Part shown: one piece after another, positions 20,546 through 30,913 of the stretch | How the letters are laid out: the number at the start of each line of letters is the position of its first letter | Numbering within the stretch: the first letter of the stretch is position 1 | From: Acidilobaceae archaeon | GTDB lineage: Archaea > Thermoproteota > Thermoprotei_A > Sulfolobales > Acidilobaceae | NCBI GenBank assembly: GCA_038824665.1 | Contig: JAWBBK010000001.1 | Span: forward strand, 95,358-159,357 | Length of the DNA stretch: 64,000 nt | Direction of reading: 5' to 3' | Notes under the pieces: model-generated | The model's database searches: none | Told to the model about the DNA's origin: nothing | What the model saw: the letters and a program-made list of their open reading frames with translations, nothing else | Position numbers and translations under genes: made by a program

Positions 20546-21238
20546 CTACTTAGGGACCTTCCAGACCGATCTTTTTCTCTCCTCTACGTATCTCCCTCTT
20601 CTTCTTATCTCGTCAGCTCTGGTCAAGACTTTATCGGCGCTAGCTCCCACAGCGCTTCTGTAGCCTCTTTCGAATTCAGCTATGAGTTCTTTTGCGTAAA
20701 GAGCGTGTGTGCTCTCTAGCGCTCTTCTGAAGAGATGAACGTCTACAGCTAGGTCTTCAATGTCTTCTGTGAACTCTGAGAGCCCGAAGTCTATTATTTT
20801 GAGAGACTTGTCTTTCGAAGAGACAATGAGGTTTGACGTTGTAGGATCACCGTGAGCTACTCCTATGGAGTGAATTCTCCCAAGCACTACTCCAGCTTCA
20901 AACATATAGTGTTTAGACTCTTCAAGATCTATGTCGAGAAGGTCTTTCAGCTTGATCCCCTCTATGTATTCAAGAACCAAAAGCCCTAAGGTTGGGAAGA
21001 CTGCTAAAAGTGCTGGAGCTGGAACCTCTCTCTTTCTTACGTAAGCTATCACTTTAGCCTCTTTTTTTGTTCTCTTCTCTATCAATTCTGTAGCCAGAGC
21101 CTCATCCATATAGGTTTTTCTAATTCTTGCTTTGAAAACAGCTTCGATACCGGCAAATCTTCCTAATCTGATCTCAGACTCTGCTCCACGTTTGAGTAGA
21201 GGAAGACTCTTAACCCAGCTGTAAAAAGACTCTTGCAT
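20546..21238 (-). CDS. bud32: Kae1-associated kinase Bud32 (KEOPS subunit)
   Basis: Small RIO-like kinase with the HGDPTTSNLIV catalytic loop and IIDFGLS. It lies immediately downstream of kae1. The start is set at ATG 21238 (MQESFY). Confidence 0.85.
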   Translation of the reverse strand: MQESFYSWVKSLPLLKRGAESEIRLGRFAGIEAVFKARIRKTYMDEALATELIEKRTKKEAKVIAYVRKREVPAPALLAVFPTLGLLVLEYIEGIKLKDLLDIDLEESKHYMFEAGVVLGRIHSIGVAHGDPTTSNLIVSSKDKSLKIIDFGLSEFTEDIEDLAVDVHLFRRALESTHALYAKELIAEFERGYRSAVGASADKVLTRADEIRRRGRYVEERKRSVWKVPK

Positions 21239-21240
21239 CG

Positions 21241-22275
21241 TTATGACCTCGATAACAGCGAAGCAGGGAGTTCGTGATACCATAACACCTCGACTTCGTC
21301 AAGCCTCCATCTCTGTCTTATGAACGCCTTTGAGACATCTTCTATTTTAACTCCGCTCTTGAAAGCAAAAAGACCTGTTAGAGCGATCATCACAGCATTG
21401 TCTCCAGCATAGCGAGTCTCGACGGGCTTAAACACAGCTCCATGTAGTTCGGCCATAGCTTTTACCTTATCTCTTAAGACTTTGCTTGCCGCTACTCCTC
21501 CCGTTATCGTGATCTCTCTCTTTTCTGTGTGAGCTAAACCTCTTTCCAACACTTCTACCACAGATGAATAAGCAACCTCTCTTAGAGTATAACACACATC
21601 TTCAAGTCTGTAACCGCTCTTTACAGCTTTGAGGGCGGCCGTTAAGAGTCCCGAGAAGGAGACGTCCTGTCCTTTTACCACATAGGGTAGCAAGTCTCTC
21701 AGATACCTTCCTTCTCTAGCACATACATCGATAACATGCTCTCCGTTTACGACATAAGGCGGAGCTACCCCTGTCTCTCTAGCGAACGTATCGAGCAAGT
21801 TGCCTAACGCTATATCTAGAGTCTCTCCGAACACTCTATACTTTCCAGCGACGTATGAGACTACAGCGGTGTTGCCTCCAGCAACGTAAAGGATTATTGG
21901 ATCTAAGAGGCCTGTGGTAAACCTGGCTATTTCTAAATGAGCTACAGCGTGATTGACTGGAACTAGGGGTTTAGAGAAATGAGAAGCTATTGCTCTAGCT
22001 ACGCTAGCTCCCACTCGGAGCTGAGGACCCATACCGGGCCCTAGAGCAATAGCGATGGCGTCCAGCTCTCTCACGCTTACGCCAGCTCTCTCTAGAGCTT
22101 CTTTTAAGAGTTCTCCCGCTATCTTAGAGAAAAACGATGAAGCTTCTCTCGGTAGGATACCGCCTGACTTAGCTACATATGTTCTACGAACATCAGATAA
22201 GACGAAAGGAGGGTCTTCAGAGACAACGCTGGCTCCGAAGGTATGAGCGGTAGACTCGATACCAAGTACTATCAC
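21241..22275 (-). CDS. kae1: tRNA N6-threonylcarbamoyl-adenosine transferase Kae1 (KEOPS)
   Basis: MIVLGIESTAHTFG N-terminus, NHAVAH metal-binding His pair, ASKHA fold layout. Confidence 0.92.
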   Translation of the reverse strand: MIVLGIESTAHTFGASVVSEDPPFVLSDVRRTYVAKSGGILPREASSFFSKIAGELLKEALERAGVSVRELDAIAIALGPGMGPQLRVGASVARAIASHFSKPLVPVNHAVAHLEIARFTTGLLDPIILYVAGGNTAVVSYVAGKYRVFGETLDIALGNLLDTFARETGVAPPYVVNGEHVIDVCAREGRYLRDLLPYVVKGQDVSFSGLLTAALKAVKSGYRLEDVCYTLREVAYSSVVEVLERGLAHTEKREITITGGVAASKVLRDKVKAMAELHGAVFKPVETRYAGDNAVMIALTGLFAFKSGVKIEDVSKAFIRQRWRLDEVEVLWYHELPASLLSRS

Positions 22276-22517
22276 TTCTTCCTTCCCTTAGTGGGAGCAG
22301 GCCTTGCAGCAGGTCTCGATACCACGAACTCGGTGTAGTTACACTTACCACAGTGCCATCTCTCTAAAGGTTGTACGTGATGGGCCATTATGCTACCGCA
22401 ACGAGGACACTTCTTGTTCTTAAGCTTCACTGTTCCTGTCGACGAGTCTACTATGTAGAGCTTGTGAATGTATGTCTTCAGCTCTTTCTTTTCCTTAGAA
22501 CTCAAAACGTACACCAC
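22272..22517 (-). CDS. rps27ae: 30S ribosomal protein S27ae
   Basis: Zinc ribbon CPRCGSIMAHH...WHCGKCNYTEF. Located in the conserved S24e-S27ae-Kae1 neighbourhood. Confidence 0.85.
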   Translation of the reverse strand: MVYVLSSKEKKELKTYIHKLYIVDSSTGTVKLKNKKCPRCGSIMAHHVQPLERWHCGKCNYTEFVVSRPAARPAPTKGRKK

Positions 22518-22519
22518 CT

Positions 22520-22852
22520 CTAGCCGCTAGACCTCTCGTTCCTCTTAATAATATGCTTAGGTTCTATGGCTCGAGCTCGTTCAGCGTTGTCGTATACATG
22601 TACTACTGCTTTCGTAATACCTGCTCCATACTCTGTTTGTAGACTTTGTACGTAGACTCTCTCAATGCTTACACCGTAAGCGTTCGTTACAGCCTCTCTA
22701 ACCTCTTGGCGAGAAGGCGTAGGCTTGAGAAGATGGTTTATTTCTAGCTCTATTTCGAAACGTCCTATCAGAGGGTTATATCTCTCTTTAACAACTCTAG
22801 CTTCGATGTTTCCAACTCTAATAGTCTTGGAGGTATTCGAGCGAAGACTCAA
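22520..22852 (-). CDS. rps24e: 30S ribosomal protein S24e
   Basis: NPLIGRFEIELEINH...PTPSRQEVREAV is the S24e core; conserved neighbourhood. Confidence 0.88.
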   Translation of the reverse strand: MSLRSNTSKTIRVGNIEARVVKERYNPLIGRFEIELEINHLLKPTPSRQEVREAVTNAYGVSIERVYVQSLQTEYGAGITKAVVHVYDNAERARAIEPKHIIKRNERSSG

Positions 22853-22907
22853 ACTGACCCCTCCTCCCGTCCTAAGCTCCTCCTCCTTAATAAGCCTTTA
22901 GAAGCTC

Positions 22908-23447
22908 TCAGCACGAAGTCAGCTCAGGCGTTAACTGAAGAATGCGGTTATGAGCTACGCTCTTGGTCAAAGGCGAAATAGGAACCACACTTACACCCAC
23001 GTTTGGCATTCCGTAAGCAACGTACCATCCTGGAGGACCATAGGCGAGAGCGACTAGAGCTATAAGGTCCTCCTCTCCTTCGATCTTTACAGCTATCTTG
23101 GCTTCGTATGTATAGCTAGCTTCTCTGAGGGCCGCTACGACGATTTCTATAGCGTTAACGGTTAAGAGACCTGAAGGGTTTATTGCTCTCAAGACCTTAA
23201 TATTCAATTCGTTAAAGCTCTTAGGCTTTATATGTTTTCTCATAGTTTTTTCATCATAAACTAAAACCATGTTCTTTACTTCTTTGTGAAATTTGAGACA
23301 CTCATTCATCACTACATCTCCTACGCATATCAGACCTCGAGCTTCGAGGACAGAGAGAGCTTCTTCAAGAGACGAAAAAACGGGGCCTATGCTGATAGCA
23401 TAGTCTCTTCTGAGCTTGTCAGGTAGCTTCAAAGAAGAGACAAACAT
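22908..23447 (-). CDS. DUF359 / GTP-dependent dephospho-CoA kinase family protein
   Basis: CVGDVV, NPSG, GEEDL and YG.P motifs typical of COG1909. Conserved position between spt4 and rps24e. Confidence 0.65.
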   Translation of the reverse strand: MFVSSLKLPDKLRRDYAISIGPVFSSLEEALSVLEARGLICVGDVVMNECLKFHKEVKNMVLVYDEKTMRKHIKPKSFNELNIKVLRAINPSGLLTVNAIEIVVAALREASYTYEAKIAVKIEGEEDLIALVALAYGPPGWYVAYGMPNVGVSVVPISPLTKSVAHNRILQLTPELTSC

Positions 23448-23453
23448 AGAGAT

Positions 23454-23702
23454 TTACTCCTTCATTTTTACCATGATCTTCCCAGCTACACGAATAGCTT
23501 TCACTACGGGTTCTGATATCTCGGCGCTCTTGGCCAACAGACTGTTTTGTGAATCAAAGACTATTATTAGTCCGCTCCACTCGTCAGAGAACTGAGTTGA
23601 GCCACAGGAAGAACAAGCTGTCGATTCTCTAGGGTTTAGAGTTCCACATTCTTTGCAGGCTTTGAGAGCAGGCTTTTTCGTAGGAGCTCTTCTAGGCTTC
23701 AA
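23454..23702 (-). CDS. spt4: Transcription elongation factor Spt4 (RpoE'')
   Basis: Zinc ribbon CKECGTLNPREST-ACSSCGS followed by WSGLIIVFD. Adjacent to the Rpo7 gene. Confidence 0.85.
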   Translation of the reverse strand: MKPRRAPTKKPALKACKECGTLNPRESTACSSCGSTQFSDEWSGLIIVFDSQNSLLAKSAEISEPVVKAIRVAGKIMVKMKE

Positions 23703-23718
23703 TCTAAGCTCACCAGCT

Positions 23719-24279
23719 CTATTTCTTGATGTATTCTTCTTTACCTAAATAAGGCTGTCTCATGGTCAGTCCCACTTTGAGCATTAGAGTTCTCCGTGTA
23801 GGCTTAGCGATCTGACTTATTCTAGCTCTAACTATATCTCCTATCTCTATGATCTTTCCAGAATCGCTTCTAAAGCCTCGCTTATCCGGTAGAAGTTCAA
23901 GACCCTCATCCGTTATCTGGCTTCTATGAACAAAACCGTCGATAGGCCCTAAGTCTACTATTAATCCCTGTTCTCTTACATCTCTCACAACGCTTCTAAC
24001 TACTTCGTTTAAAATAGGTTCATATGCAAGGACCGTATATTTAACTTTGAAGTAAAAATCGGGATCTCCCGGTAAAGGTAGAGTCAGACCTTCGCTGGAG
24101 ACCTCGGCTGAGACAACAGCAACTATGATCCCTAACTGAGGATCTGCGATCCCTTCAAGCTTGTTCCTCAACACTTCAAGAGCTACTCTATTCAAATCTT
24201 CGCCTGAGTAGACGTGTTGAGGGTCTATTCCTAACCATTCTTCGATCTCGTAAAGCACAAACAACTCTAGACACCACAC
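23719..24279 (-). CDS. rpoE: DNA-directed RNA polymerase subunit Rpo7 (RpoE')
   Basis: Rpo7 N-domain plus a C-terminal S1 fold (GFVHRSQI, GDIVRARI). The exact start (GTG/TTG) is uncertain. Confidence 0.85.
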   Translation of the reverse strand: MWCLELFVLYEIEEWLGIDPQHVYSGEDLNRVALEVLRNKLEGIADPQLGIIVAVVSAEVSSEGLTLPLPGDPDFYFKVKYTVLAYEPILNEVVRSVVRDVREQGLIVDLGPIDGFVHRSQITDEGLELLPDKRGFRSDSGKIIEIGDIVRARISQIAKPTRRTLMLKVGLTMRQPYLGKEEYIKK

Positions 24280-24595
24280 AAAAGCCTAATTCTACGAGAT
24301 CTCGAACCTAAAGTGCTTTTATTTGGTTTAACAGCTACAGCTGTTCATGTCCGTTAACTAGGATCGAGACAGGTTTCTCCTTTAGCGCTTACTCACATAT
24401 CGTAGGACCATTGTGAGTTACATCGGCAAACACTGCTGAACTGTCTCGAGAGTTATATGTATCCTTTCGTTTCTGAAGACTATTTTACTATCATTGAGGC
24501 GAGAGAAAATTTACTTTTGGACATCGCTTAATACCTTCTTGATTCAAGCAAATATGGTAGCTGAAACAGCTTGAAAAATTTTACAGAGAAAACGT

Positions 24596-25033
24596 CTAAG
24601 CTAAGGGCTCCCATTCAAGCTCAAGTCCTCCTCTGCTTTCTCTATAGTACAAAGTGGGGATCCCTACTTCTCTGAGTCTCGATCTCAGTTCCTTGTCTGC
24701 AGTGGCTACCACGACTTTAGATACGTTTTTGAATCTTAAAGCCAGCTCTATCACAGCGTCGTCAGCTTTGTGAACTGACGTAGGCTCAATGATAGCAATC
24801 TCTTGAACTACCTCAAGAGCTCTTTTAGCTAATCTTGATTTGAAGCCTTTGTTTGAAGACATCAAGATCTTAAGCTCTTCAACTACCTTGTCTGGAACAA
24901 CTACTTTATAAGAGGCTCCGAGAACGTCCATCAGGCTAGACAAGGGTATAAGCCCTTTAGCTATATACAAAAGCACGTTTGTATCGACCACTAATCTTAT
25001 GACTCCACGATCCCCCAGCCTATCAGTCTCCAC
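24596..25033 (-). CDS. PIN-domain protein (Fcf1/Utp24-like, conserved neighbour of aIF2-gamma)
   Basis: VVDTNVLLY acidic PIN motif and a later VATADKELR motif. About 145 aa. Confidence 0.75.
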   Translation of the reverse strand: METDRLGDRGVIRLVVDTNVLLYIAKGLIPLSSLMDVLGASYKVVVPDKVVEELKILMSSNKGFKSRLAKRALEVVQEIAIIEPTSVHKADDAVIELALRFKNVSKVVVATADKELRSRLREVGIPTLYYRESRGGLELEWEPLA

Positions 25034-26235
25034 CTACCTGCAACCCTTCTGCTTATGGCTACTCTAAAGCCTTTCTCAGCTACTACAGGCCTTTTCACGT
25101 TTAGCTCTATGTACTCTTTTCTAGCGGTAGTGACTGTTCCAACAGTTATGGCGGGACCCACGGATAAGACGAGAGTTTCATTTTTCCTGATGTCGTCTAC
25201 CTTTATATTTTCTTTAGCTCCAGGTAACGTCTCGAAGAGTTCATATCTAATTACTAGTTGGCTGAGGACGGGCGGCAGTTTGTCAGGCTTTCCTAAAACG
25301 CTTCCAGCCATCCTATCAGACTTTGTCACTACAGGGTCGAGCTTTGTTCCTACAGCCACAAGTCCTCCTGGCTTGGCCTCCTCTACCTCTATGTCACCAA
25401 ATCGTAAGCTTGTTACTGTAGTGTAGATAGGCATATATTCTACTTTGTCTTTCTTTTCTATAAGGATTCCAGGCCTTATTTCTACCTCATCACCAACTCT
25501 GAGAACCCCTTTGACTAAAGAACCTCCGACCACTCCACCGACTAGACTCTCAGGACCCGTTCCAGGCTTGTTTACATCGAAACTTCTGACTATGTACATA
25601 AGTGGATAACTACTCAGGTCTCTCTCAGGAGGCTTGACGACTTCGTCTATAGCGGCTAGAACTACATCTATGTTGGCTTTCTTGAGTGCAGATACGGGGA
25701 TTATTGGTGAGGATTCAGCTATAGTTCCTTCTACGAACTCGAGGATCTCGTTGTAGTTCTTTTTAGCCTGTTCAGGCGTAACGGCATCGACTTTGTTCTG
25801 GACTATAATGATGTTTTTGATCCCGAGTATAGTAAGAGCAGCTAGATGTTCTCTAGTCTGAGGTTGTGGACAGGGCTCGTTAGCCGCTATGACCAAAATG
25901 GCTCCATCCATTAAGGTAGCTCCTGAAAGCATAGTAGCCATAAGAGTTTCGTGTCCGGGAGCATCAATGAAGGAGACTCTTCTCTTTAATCTAGCTCGAA
26001 CTCCTGGTTTACATTCGCACACAGGCTCGGGAGAGTAGTTAGCTGGGTAGTCGCAGTTATCACATATCCATATTTCTCCATCAGCATAGCCTAACCTTAT
26101 AGTCATTCCCTTCTTGATCTCTTCGCTAAACCTCATAGTCCATATTCCGGTAAGCGCTTGGACTAGAGTAGTCTTTCCGTGGTCTACGTGTCCTACCACT
26201 CCTATATTGACGTCAGGTTGTCGGGGCTCGCTCAA
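24997..26235 (-). CDS. eif2g: Translation initiation factor aIF2 gamma subunit
   Basis: [14 protein letters not shown] and NKVD GTPase motifs, with a Cys cluster (CDNCDY...CEC) in the G domain. Confidence 0.93.
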   Translation of the reverse strand: MSEPRQPDVNIGVVGHVDHGKTTLVQALTGIWTMRFSEEIKKGMTIRLGYADGEIWICDNCDYPANYSPEPVCECKPGVRARLKRRVSFIDAPGHETLMATMLSGATLMDGAILVIAANEPCPQPQTREHLAALTILGIKNIIIVQNKVDAVTPEQAKKNYNEILEFVEGTIAESSPIIPVSALKKANIDVVLAAIDEVVKPPERDLSSYPLMYIVRSFDVNKPGTGPESLVGGVVGGSLVKGVLRVGDEVEIRPGILIEKKDKVEYMPIYTTVTSLRFGDIEVEEAKPGGLVAVGTKLDPVVTKSDRMAGSVLGKPDKLPPVLSQLVIRYELFETLPGAKENIKVDDIRKNETLVLSVGPAITVGTVTTARKEYIELNVKRPVVAEKGFRVAISRRVAGRWRLIGWGIVES

Positions 26236-26320
26236 CCCTTACTCCTCTTTTTGTGAGGGATCCAGAACGTTTAAGACTAATACGCTTAGCGTGTTTGAGT
26301 CTTAGGCTACTTATGTCACT

Positions 26321-27016
26321 TTACTCATAGACTATCGTTAGATTTAGCTGAGCTAGAGCTGTTTTTCTTCTCTCAGCTGAAGGGTCTGGGATCATTCTTC
26401 CTCTAACGCTCTTCCTTCTCTTCTCTCCAGACCTCTTCGGCTTAAAGCCTGGAGGTCCAGAGAGAAGCACTTCTCTTCTACTCGTTCCCGGAACTCCTGG
26501 ATGCATGGGTATTCCTGATGCGTCTGTGCCTCCAGTTATCTTCAATTTAATGTTCGGCAGTGAAAAGAGGGAGCCGTCTATCACATCACCAATCTCGAAA
26601 CCGACAAGTCTTCTCACTACCTGATCTCCCACAGCTAGTTGCCATGATTGAGCTCGGAAGGCTTCTGCTTCAGTTTCTGAAACACTCGCTACTTCACTCA
26701 AAAGACCGTTGCTGACCCAAACCTCGCCGTCGGGAACGGTGTCATCTACTTCAACTTTGAAGGGTATTTTGAGCTTTTTATTATCTATTCTGAGTCTCAA
26801 CGTCATCACTTTCGTAGGCTCGAGATTCAACTGTTTAAAGAGCTTTTCATTGATTTTAGCTATGGGGAGCTCTGTTCTCTCCTTCTCTTTGGTCTTCATC
26901 ATACTATCTCTGAAAGGTATGTTGTCTACTCCTTTTACCTTTACTTTAACTACAGTTTTGCCTCCAGCAGGGTCCGATATGACTACTCTTAGTGGAGGCC
27001 TTTCTTTTGAAGCCAC
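26321..27016 (-). CDS. rps6e: 30S ribosomal protein S6e (long crenarchaeal form)
   Basis: VVISDPAGGKT, ITGGTDASGIPM and GEKRRKSVRG motifs. About 100 aa are inserted between the first two motifs. Confidence 0.85.
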   Translation of the reverse strand: MASKERPPLRVVISDPAGGKTVVKVKVKGVDNIPFRDSMMKTKEKERTELPIAKINEKLFKQLNLEPTKVMTLRLRIDNKKLKIPFKVEVDDTVPDGEVWVSNGLLSEVASVSETEAEAFRAQSWQLAVGDQVVRRLVGFEIGDVIDGSLFSLPNIKLKITGGTDASGIPMHPGVPGTSRREVLLSGPPGFKPKRSGEKRRKSVRGRMIPDPSAERRKTALAQLNLTIVYE

Positions 27017-27185
27017 CCTATATCCCCCATGCGAACCTAAAGTGAGAGAGTCTCTATTCGACCTTAATAACGCTACTCTATTGATGAGAACTCTAGAACT
27101 ATAAGGTCACAAGTGGGGGCTCGTGGTTATTTGTTTTTCTTCATCAAATCTTCACGACCTCCAGCTGAGTCTATGAGATCTCGAG

Positions 27186-27620
27186 GTGAAAGCAGTGAAA
27201 AAGACCTTTAGAGGGCTTTCTCCTCTATTGGCTAGTCTCTTGCTTCTAGTTTTCACCCTAGTCGGAGCCTTCTTCGTTTATGAGTATTTCAACAAAACCG
27301 TTGACCTGGCTACCAAGCAGAGCGAATCGTTGATGGTAGTTGCTCGAGAACATAAGGTCTCCGGCTCTACAAAGCTGATTACTCTTGAGATCGTGAATGC
27401 TCACAGCTCAGATGCAGTGATCAAAGAGGTGAGAGAATATTTAGAGACAGGTGAAGTCAGGAAGGTAAAGCTTTTAAGTGAAGATCAGAGCACACTAAGC
27501 GTTTCTCCAGGATCGAAGACAAGCTTTGTAGTCATCGCGTCAGTTAACGCTAGAGCTCTCGTAATTGTGTACGAGGTTGGAGGAACAGTTCTAGAGAGGT
27601 CTGTAGCTCTCACAGGCTAG
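27186..27620 (+). CDS. Type IV pilin-like protein with class III signal peptide
   Basis: The N-terminus MKAVKKTFRG/LSPLLASLLLLVFTLVGAFFVYEYF has a basic stretch, then a Gly cleavage site, then a hydrophobic helix. Immediately upstream of the secretion ATPase. Confidence 0.7.
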   Translation: MKAVKKTFRGLSPLLASLLLLVFTLVGAFFVYEYFNKTVDLATKQSESLMVVAREHKVSGSTKLITLEIVNAHSSDAVIKEVREYLETGEVRKVKLLSEDQSTLSVSPGSKTSFVVIASVNARALVIVYEVGGTVLERSVALTG

Positions 27621-27656
27621 TTTAAGGAATTCCTCTAGTGAGGTGTTTTTCAAACC

Positions 27657-29111
27657 ATGCTTTATCTATTACTCTCTAAAGCTAGGAAAGTTGCTTTTGA
27701 TCTCAGAAGCAGAAGACCTAGTATGATTGAACCTATTCCCAAAGACGTTATGAAAGAGACAGTTTTAGACAGAGCTCCTAAGATTGACCCCTCGAGACTT
27801 TTGGCTAAGTACTCGATAGGAGTCGTTGAGTATTACGTGTACAGAGGAGACAGCGGGTTCCCTAAAATGAAAGTCTGGGAGCCGCCTCCTCCTCCTGACA
27901 CTCTGATGATAGAGATGGTGTCAGGTCTCGTGGAGCCTTCTAGTCCTATCGATAAGTATCACGTAGATAAGGCACTTAGCGGCTATGACAAACTTTACCC
28001 ACTGATAATAGATGACTCCATCGAAGAGATCGCAGTAGAAGGACCATATAAGAACGTCCTGGTAGTGAGCAAACTCTTTCCAGCTGTTTGGATAGAGGTC
28101 GATATGGCTTTCAGTGAGGACGAGTTGGACTCTCTTGTGTTAAAGTTAAGTAGAAAAATTGGAAGACAGGTTAGCTTAGCTCTTCCTTACGCAGAGGGCC
28201 TCACTCCCGAAGGGTATAGAATCGCCATAACTTTCAAAAGGGAGGTTAGCAGAGCCGGTAGCAGTTTGGTCTTAAGGAAATATCCTAAAAAGCCGCTAAC
28301 GGTAGCTGACTTAATAGCTAGCAGAATCCTGTCTCCTCTAATGGCCTCTTATCTTTGGATACTTCTTGAAGCTCAGAGCTTCATAATAATAGTCGGAGGT
28401 ATGGGGGCGGGGAAGACAACTCTACTTCAAGCTCTGTTGACGCTCATCCCTCCATTCGCTAGGGTTGTGACTATAGAGGACACTCCTGAACTTAGTCTGC
28501 TTCGACGACATTGGGACGCCTTAGTGGTGAGACCTGGAGCTCCTAAGGAAGGCCTTCCTGAGATAGACTTAGAGGCGCTCTTAAAGTTCGCTTTAAGGAG
28601 GAGAGCCGAATATCTAGTCGTAGGAGAGGTCAGAGGCAGAGAGGCGAGGCTTTTAGCTCAAGCGGCGGCGTTAGGTCACGGTTGCGTGACGACCTTCCAT
28701 GCAGATGGGGCGGAGAGCGCTATAGCTCGTCTTCAAATGGAGCCGATAAGTCTGCCTACGCTCTTCATTAAATCAATATCTTCCATAGTTGTCTTGAAGA
28801 AGGTTGCTGGGCTGAGCTGGAGAGTCAAGAGACGGGTTTGGGAGATAGCGGAGATTCAGGGAGACGAAGTGGTTTTCGTGTTCTCCTGGAACCCGACTAA
28901 TGACGAATTCAAGCCTAACTCTGAAAGAGAGGTGATAGAACTTAGCGACAGATTGTATGAAGCTTGGAAAAAGCTTGGAGTGACTGAGGACTCTCCTGAA
29001 GCAGAGCTAGCTTACAGGGCAGAATATCTAGAGAGGCTTGTTGGAACGTCTCCCGAAGAGTTTTCAAAAGCTATAGAGAGGTTTTATGTGATGAGGTATG
29101 GAACTCCTTAG
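27657..29111 (+). CDS. Type II/IV secretion ATPase (FlaI/TadA/VirB11 family) of a type IV pilus-like system
   Basis: Walker A GGMGAGKTT, Walker B/Asp box YLVVGEVRG, His box TTFHA. Confidence 0.85.
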   Translation: MLYLLLSKARKVAFDLRSRRPSMIEPIPKDVMKETVLDRAPKIDPSRLLAKYSIGVVEYYVYRGDSGFPKMKVWEPPPPPDTLMIEMVSGLVEPSSPIDKYHVDKALSGYDKLYPLIIDDSIEEIAVEGPYKNVLVVSKLFPAVWIEVDMAFSEDELDSLVLKLSRKIGRQVSLALPYAEGLTPEGYRIAITFKREVSRAGSSLVLRKYPKKPLTVADLIASRILSPLMASYLWILLEAQSFIIIVGGMGAGKTTLLQALLTLIPPFARVVTIEDTPELSLLRRHWDALVVRPGAPKEGLPEIDLEALLKFALRRRAEYLVVGEVRGREARLLAQAAALGHGCVTTFHADGAESAIARLQMEPISLPTLFIKSISSIVVLKKVAGLSWRVKRRVWEIAEIQGDEVVFVFSWNPTNDEFKPNSEREVIELSDRLYEAWKKLGVTEDSPEAELAYRAEYLERLVGTSPEEFSKAIERFYVMRYGTP

Positions 29112-30513
29112 ACTCTACGTCAGAGGTGTTTTAGAAGCTTTCGAGAAGACAGAGAAGACTTTATGGAGTCCTAAAACATATGGAAGTTATGCTCTGGTCT
29201 TTCGAACAGTTTTCAGAATCTCTTTGTTCGCTTCGGTTGTAGCGGCTTTCTTGATGGCAATCATCACGAAGTCTCTGTTGTTCTCTCTATTGGTCCTAGC
29301 CTTCGTTATCTCGTTTCCTTATCTAGCTTCTCAGCTTTTCAGAGTATACTTAGGCTTTGCTTTAGAGAAAGACATGCCTATAATAATGTCTCTTCTGCTT
29401 CCTTTAGCTCGATTTTCTTCTAACGTAGCCGACGCTGTTCTCTACTTAGACTTCCAGAAGCTTCCTTTTAGCTTGAGGTTTGAGGTTTACCGATTGAGGA
29501 TATTCATGAATTTAGGTCTAGATCCTGTCTCAGCTCTACGAGCTTTGGCTTCTGCAACTCCTTCCAAGTCTTTTGGAGACTTCTTAAGAGAGTATCTCAA
29601 TTCTGTAATAATAGGAGGCCCCAAGACAGACGTTACAGCTATGTTTTTAAAAGAGGCGATACAGAAAACGAGAGACCAGTGGAGACTTTTCTTTTCAGTC
29701 TCGAAAACCGCTTCAGAGATCATAGCTACAGCCGTAGTCTCGATGCCGGTTTTAGTGCCTTTAATGATATTGAGCAGAACAGATTGGCATATAGCTATTA
29801 TTGCAATGGCTCTGTTCTCTGTAGCCTCGAGCTTTGCTCTTTTGACGTTAAGACCGAGAGTAGGAAGCGTTGAGAGGAGAGAGGCTTTAGGATACATTTG
29901 TATAATCTGTCTAGCGATTTCAAGTGTTGTCAGTATCTCGATCAGCTTAGAACTGGGGTTAGCGCTACTAGCTTTTTTCACATTGGTGACAGAAACTTAT
30001 GCGGTAAAGATGAACCTTTCAGTGAGCAGGGCGACGACACTCCTTAGAGAAGCTCTAGAAGAATCAAGAATAGGCTTCTTGAATTGGAGTAAGTTAAGAG
30101 AAGTTCAGAAGTCGATTCTGTCGAGTGTAATAGACGCTATCCTGACGTCTTCAACTATAGCTGGCACTACGCGCATTCACGAGACTCTGGTTTACATCTA
30201 TGAGCTTCACGAAGAAGTCAGGAGGAACTCCGCTCAGGCTAAAAGACATGGTCTAGCTCTCGCTACGCTCAAAACCGTTGCTCTCGTAATTACAATCTAT
30301 TTTCTCATCTCTTTGGCTAACATGTCGGCAGGATTGAGATCTTCTATCGAAGTGAATCCTCTCATAGTTAAAGAGATAGCCAAGACTTTAGTTGCGCTAA
30401 CTCCGATACTGCTATTACCGTCTGCGATAGTCTATAGGGAATGGCTTCCTTCTCTTTCAATACCCTTAGCTTCATTTGTTTTTCTCTACTTAGTGATGGC
30501 TTTCGTAGTATGA
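29098..30513 (+). CDS. FlaJ/TadC-like polytopic membrane platform protein
   Basis: 471 aa with many TM segments separated by soluble helical domains. Its start overlaps the ATPase stop by 14 nt. Confidence 0.65.
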   Translation: MELLRLYVRGVLEAFEKTEKTLWSPKTYGSYALVFRTVFRISLFASVVAAFLMAIITKSLLFSLLVLAFVISFPYLASQLFRVYLGFALEKDMPIIMSLLLPLARFSSNVADAVLYLDFQKLPFSLRFEVYRLRIFMNLGLDPVSALRALASATPSKSFGDFLREYLNSVIIGGPKTDVTAMFLKEAIQKTRDQWRLFFSVSKTASEIIATAVVSMPVLVPLMILSRTDWHIAIIAMALFSVASSFALLTLRPRVGSVERREALGYICIICLAISSVVSISISLELGLALLAFFTLVTETYAVKMNLSVSRATTLLREALEESRIGFLNWSKLREVQKSILSSVIDAILTSSTIAGTTRIHETLVYIYELHEEVRRNSAQAKRHGLALATLKTVALVITIYFLISLANMSAGLRSSIEVNPLIVKEIAKTLVALTPILLLPSAIVYREWLPSLSIPLASFVFLYLVMAFVV

Positions 30514-30913
30514 TGCGTCAGAACGCGGTAATGTCTTCATCTATCATGTGGGGCAAGTTTCTTCATCCGCTCTTAGAGTCGGAGTCCGAACTCTCAATAA
30601 AAGCTCAACTTCTTCGCCGCTATATAAGTCTTCTCTCTTCCCAACTGAGTCAATAGGACTAATTCAAGGAACGTATGAGTAACTGATTCCCTTCCTTCTT
30701 GAAGCTTTTTAAAATGGTTTATAAGCCTCATGTTCTTCCTCGAGTCTAGAGGTCTTTGGCGACAATGAGAGTAGTGCTCTAAGCAGTTAGGGTGGAGCTG
30801 GATGAGAGTTCTCTCTCGAACTCAACAACAGTTCCTGATCCCATGTGGATATCCAAGTCGACACAAACGAACAGAAGCTTCGTTAACTAAACAGAAGTCT
30901 GGAGGCGAAGCAC

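Noticed and set aside
30514-30913. 46-codon minus-strand ORF (MRLINHFKKLQEGRESVTHTFLELVLLTQLGREKTYIAAKKLSFY) with a faint helix-turn-helix flavour
   Set aside because: It is too short and ends abruptly. It could be a gene remnant, but nothing in the sequence supports calling it.
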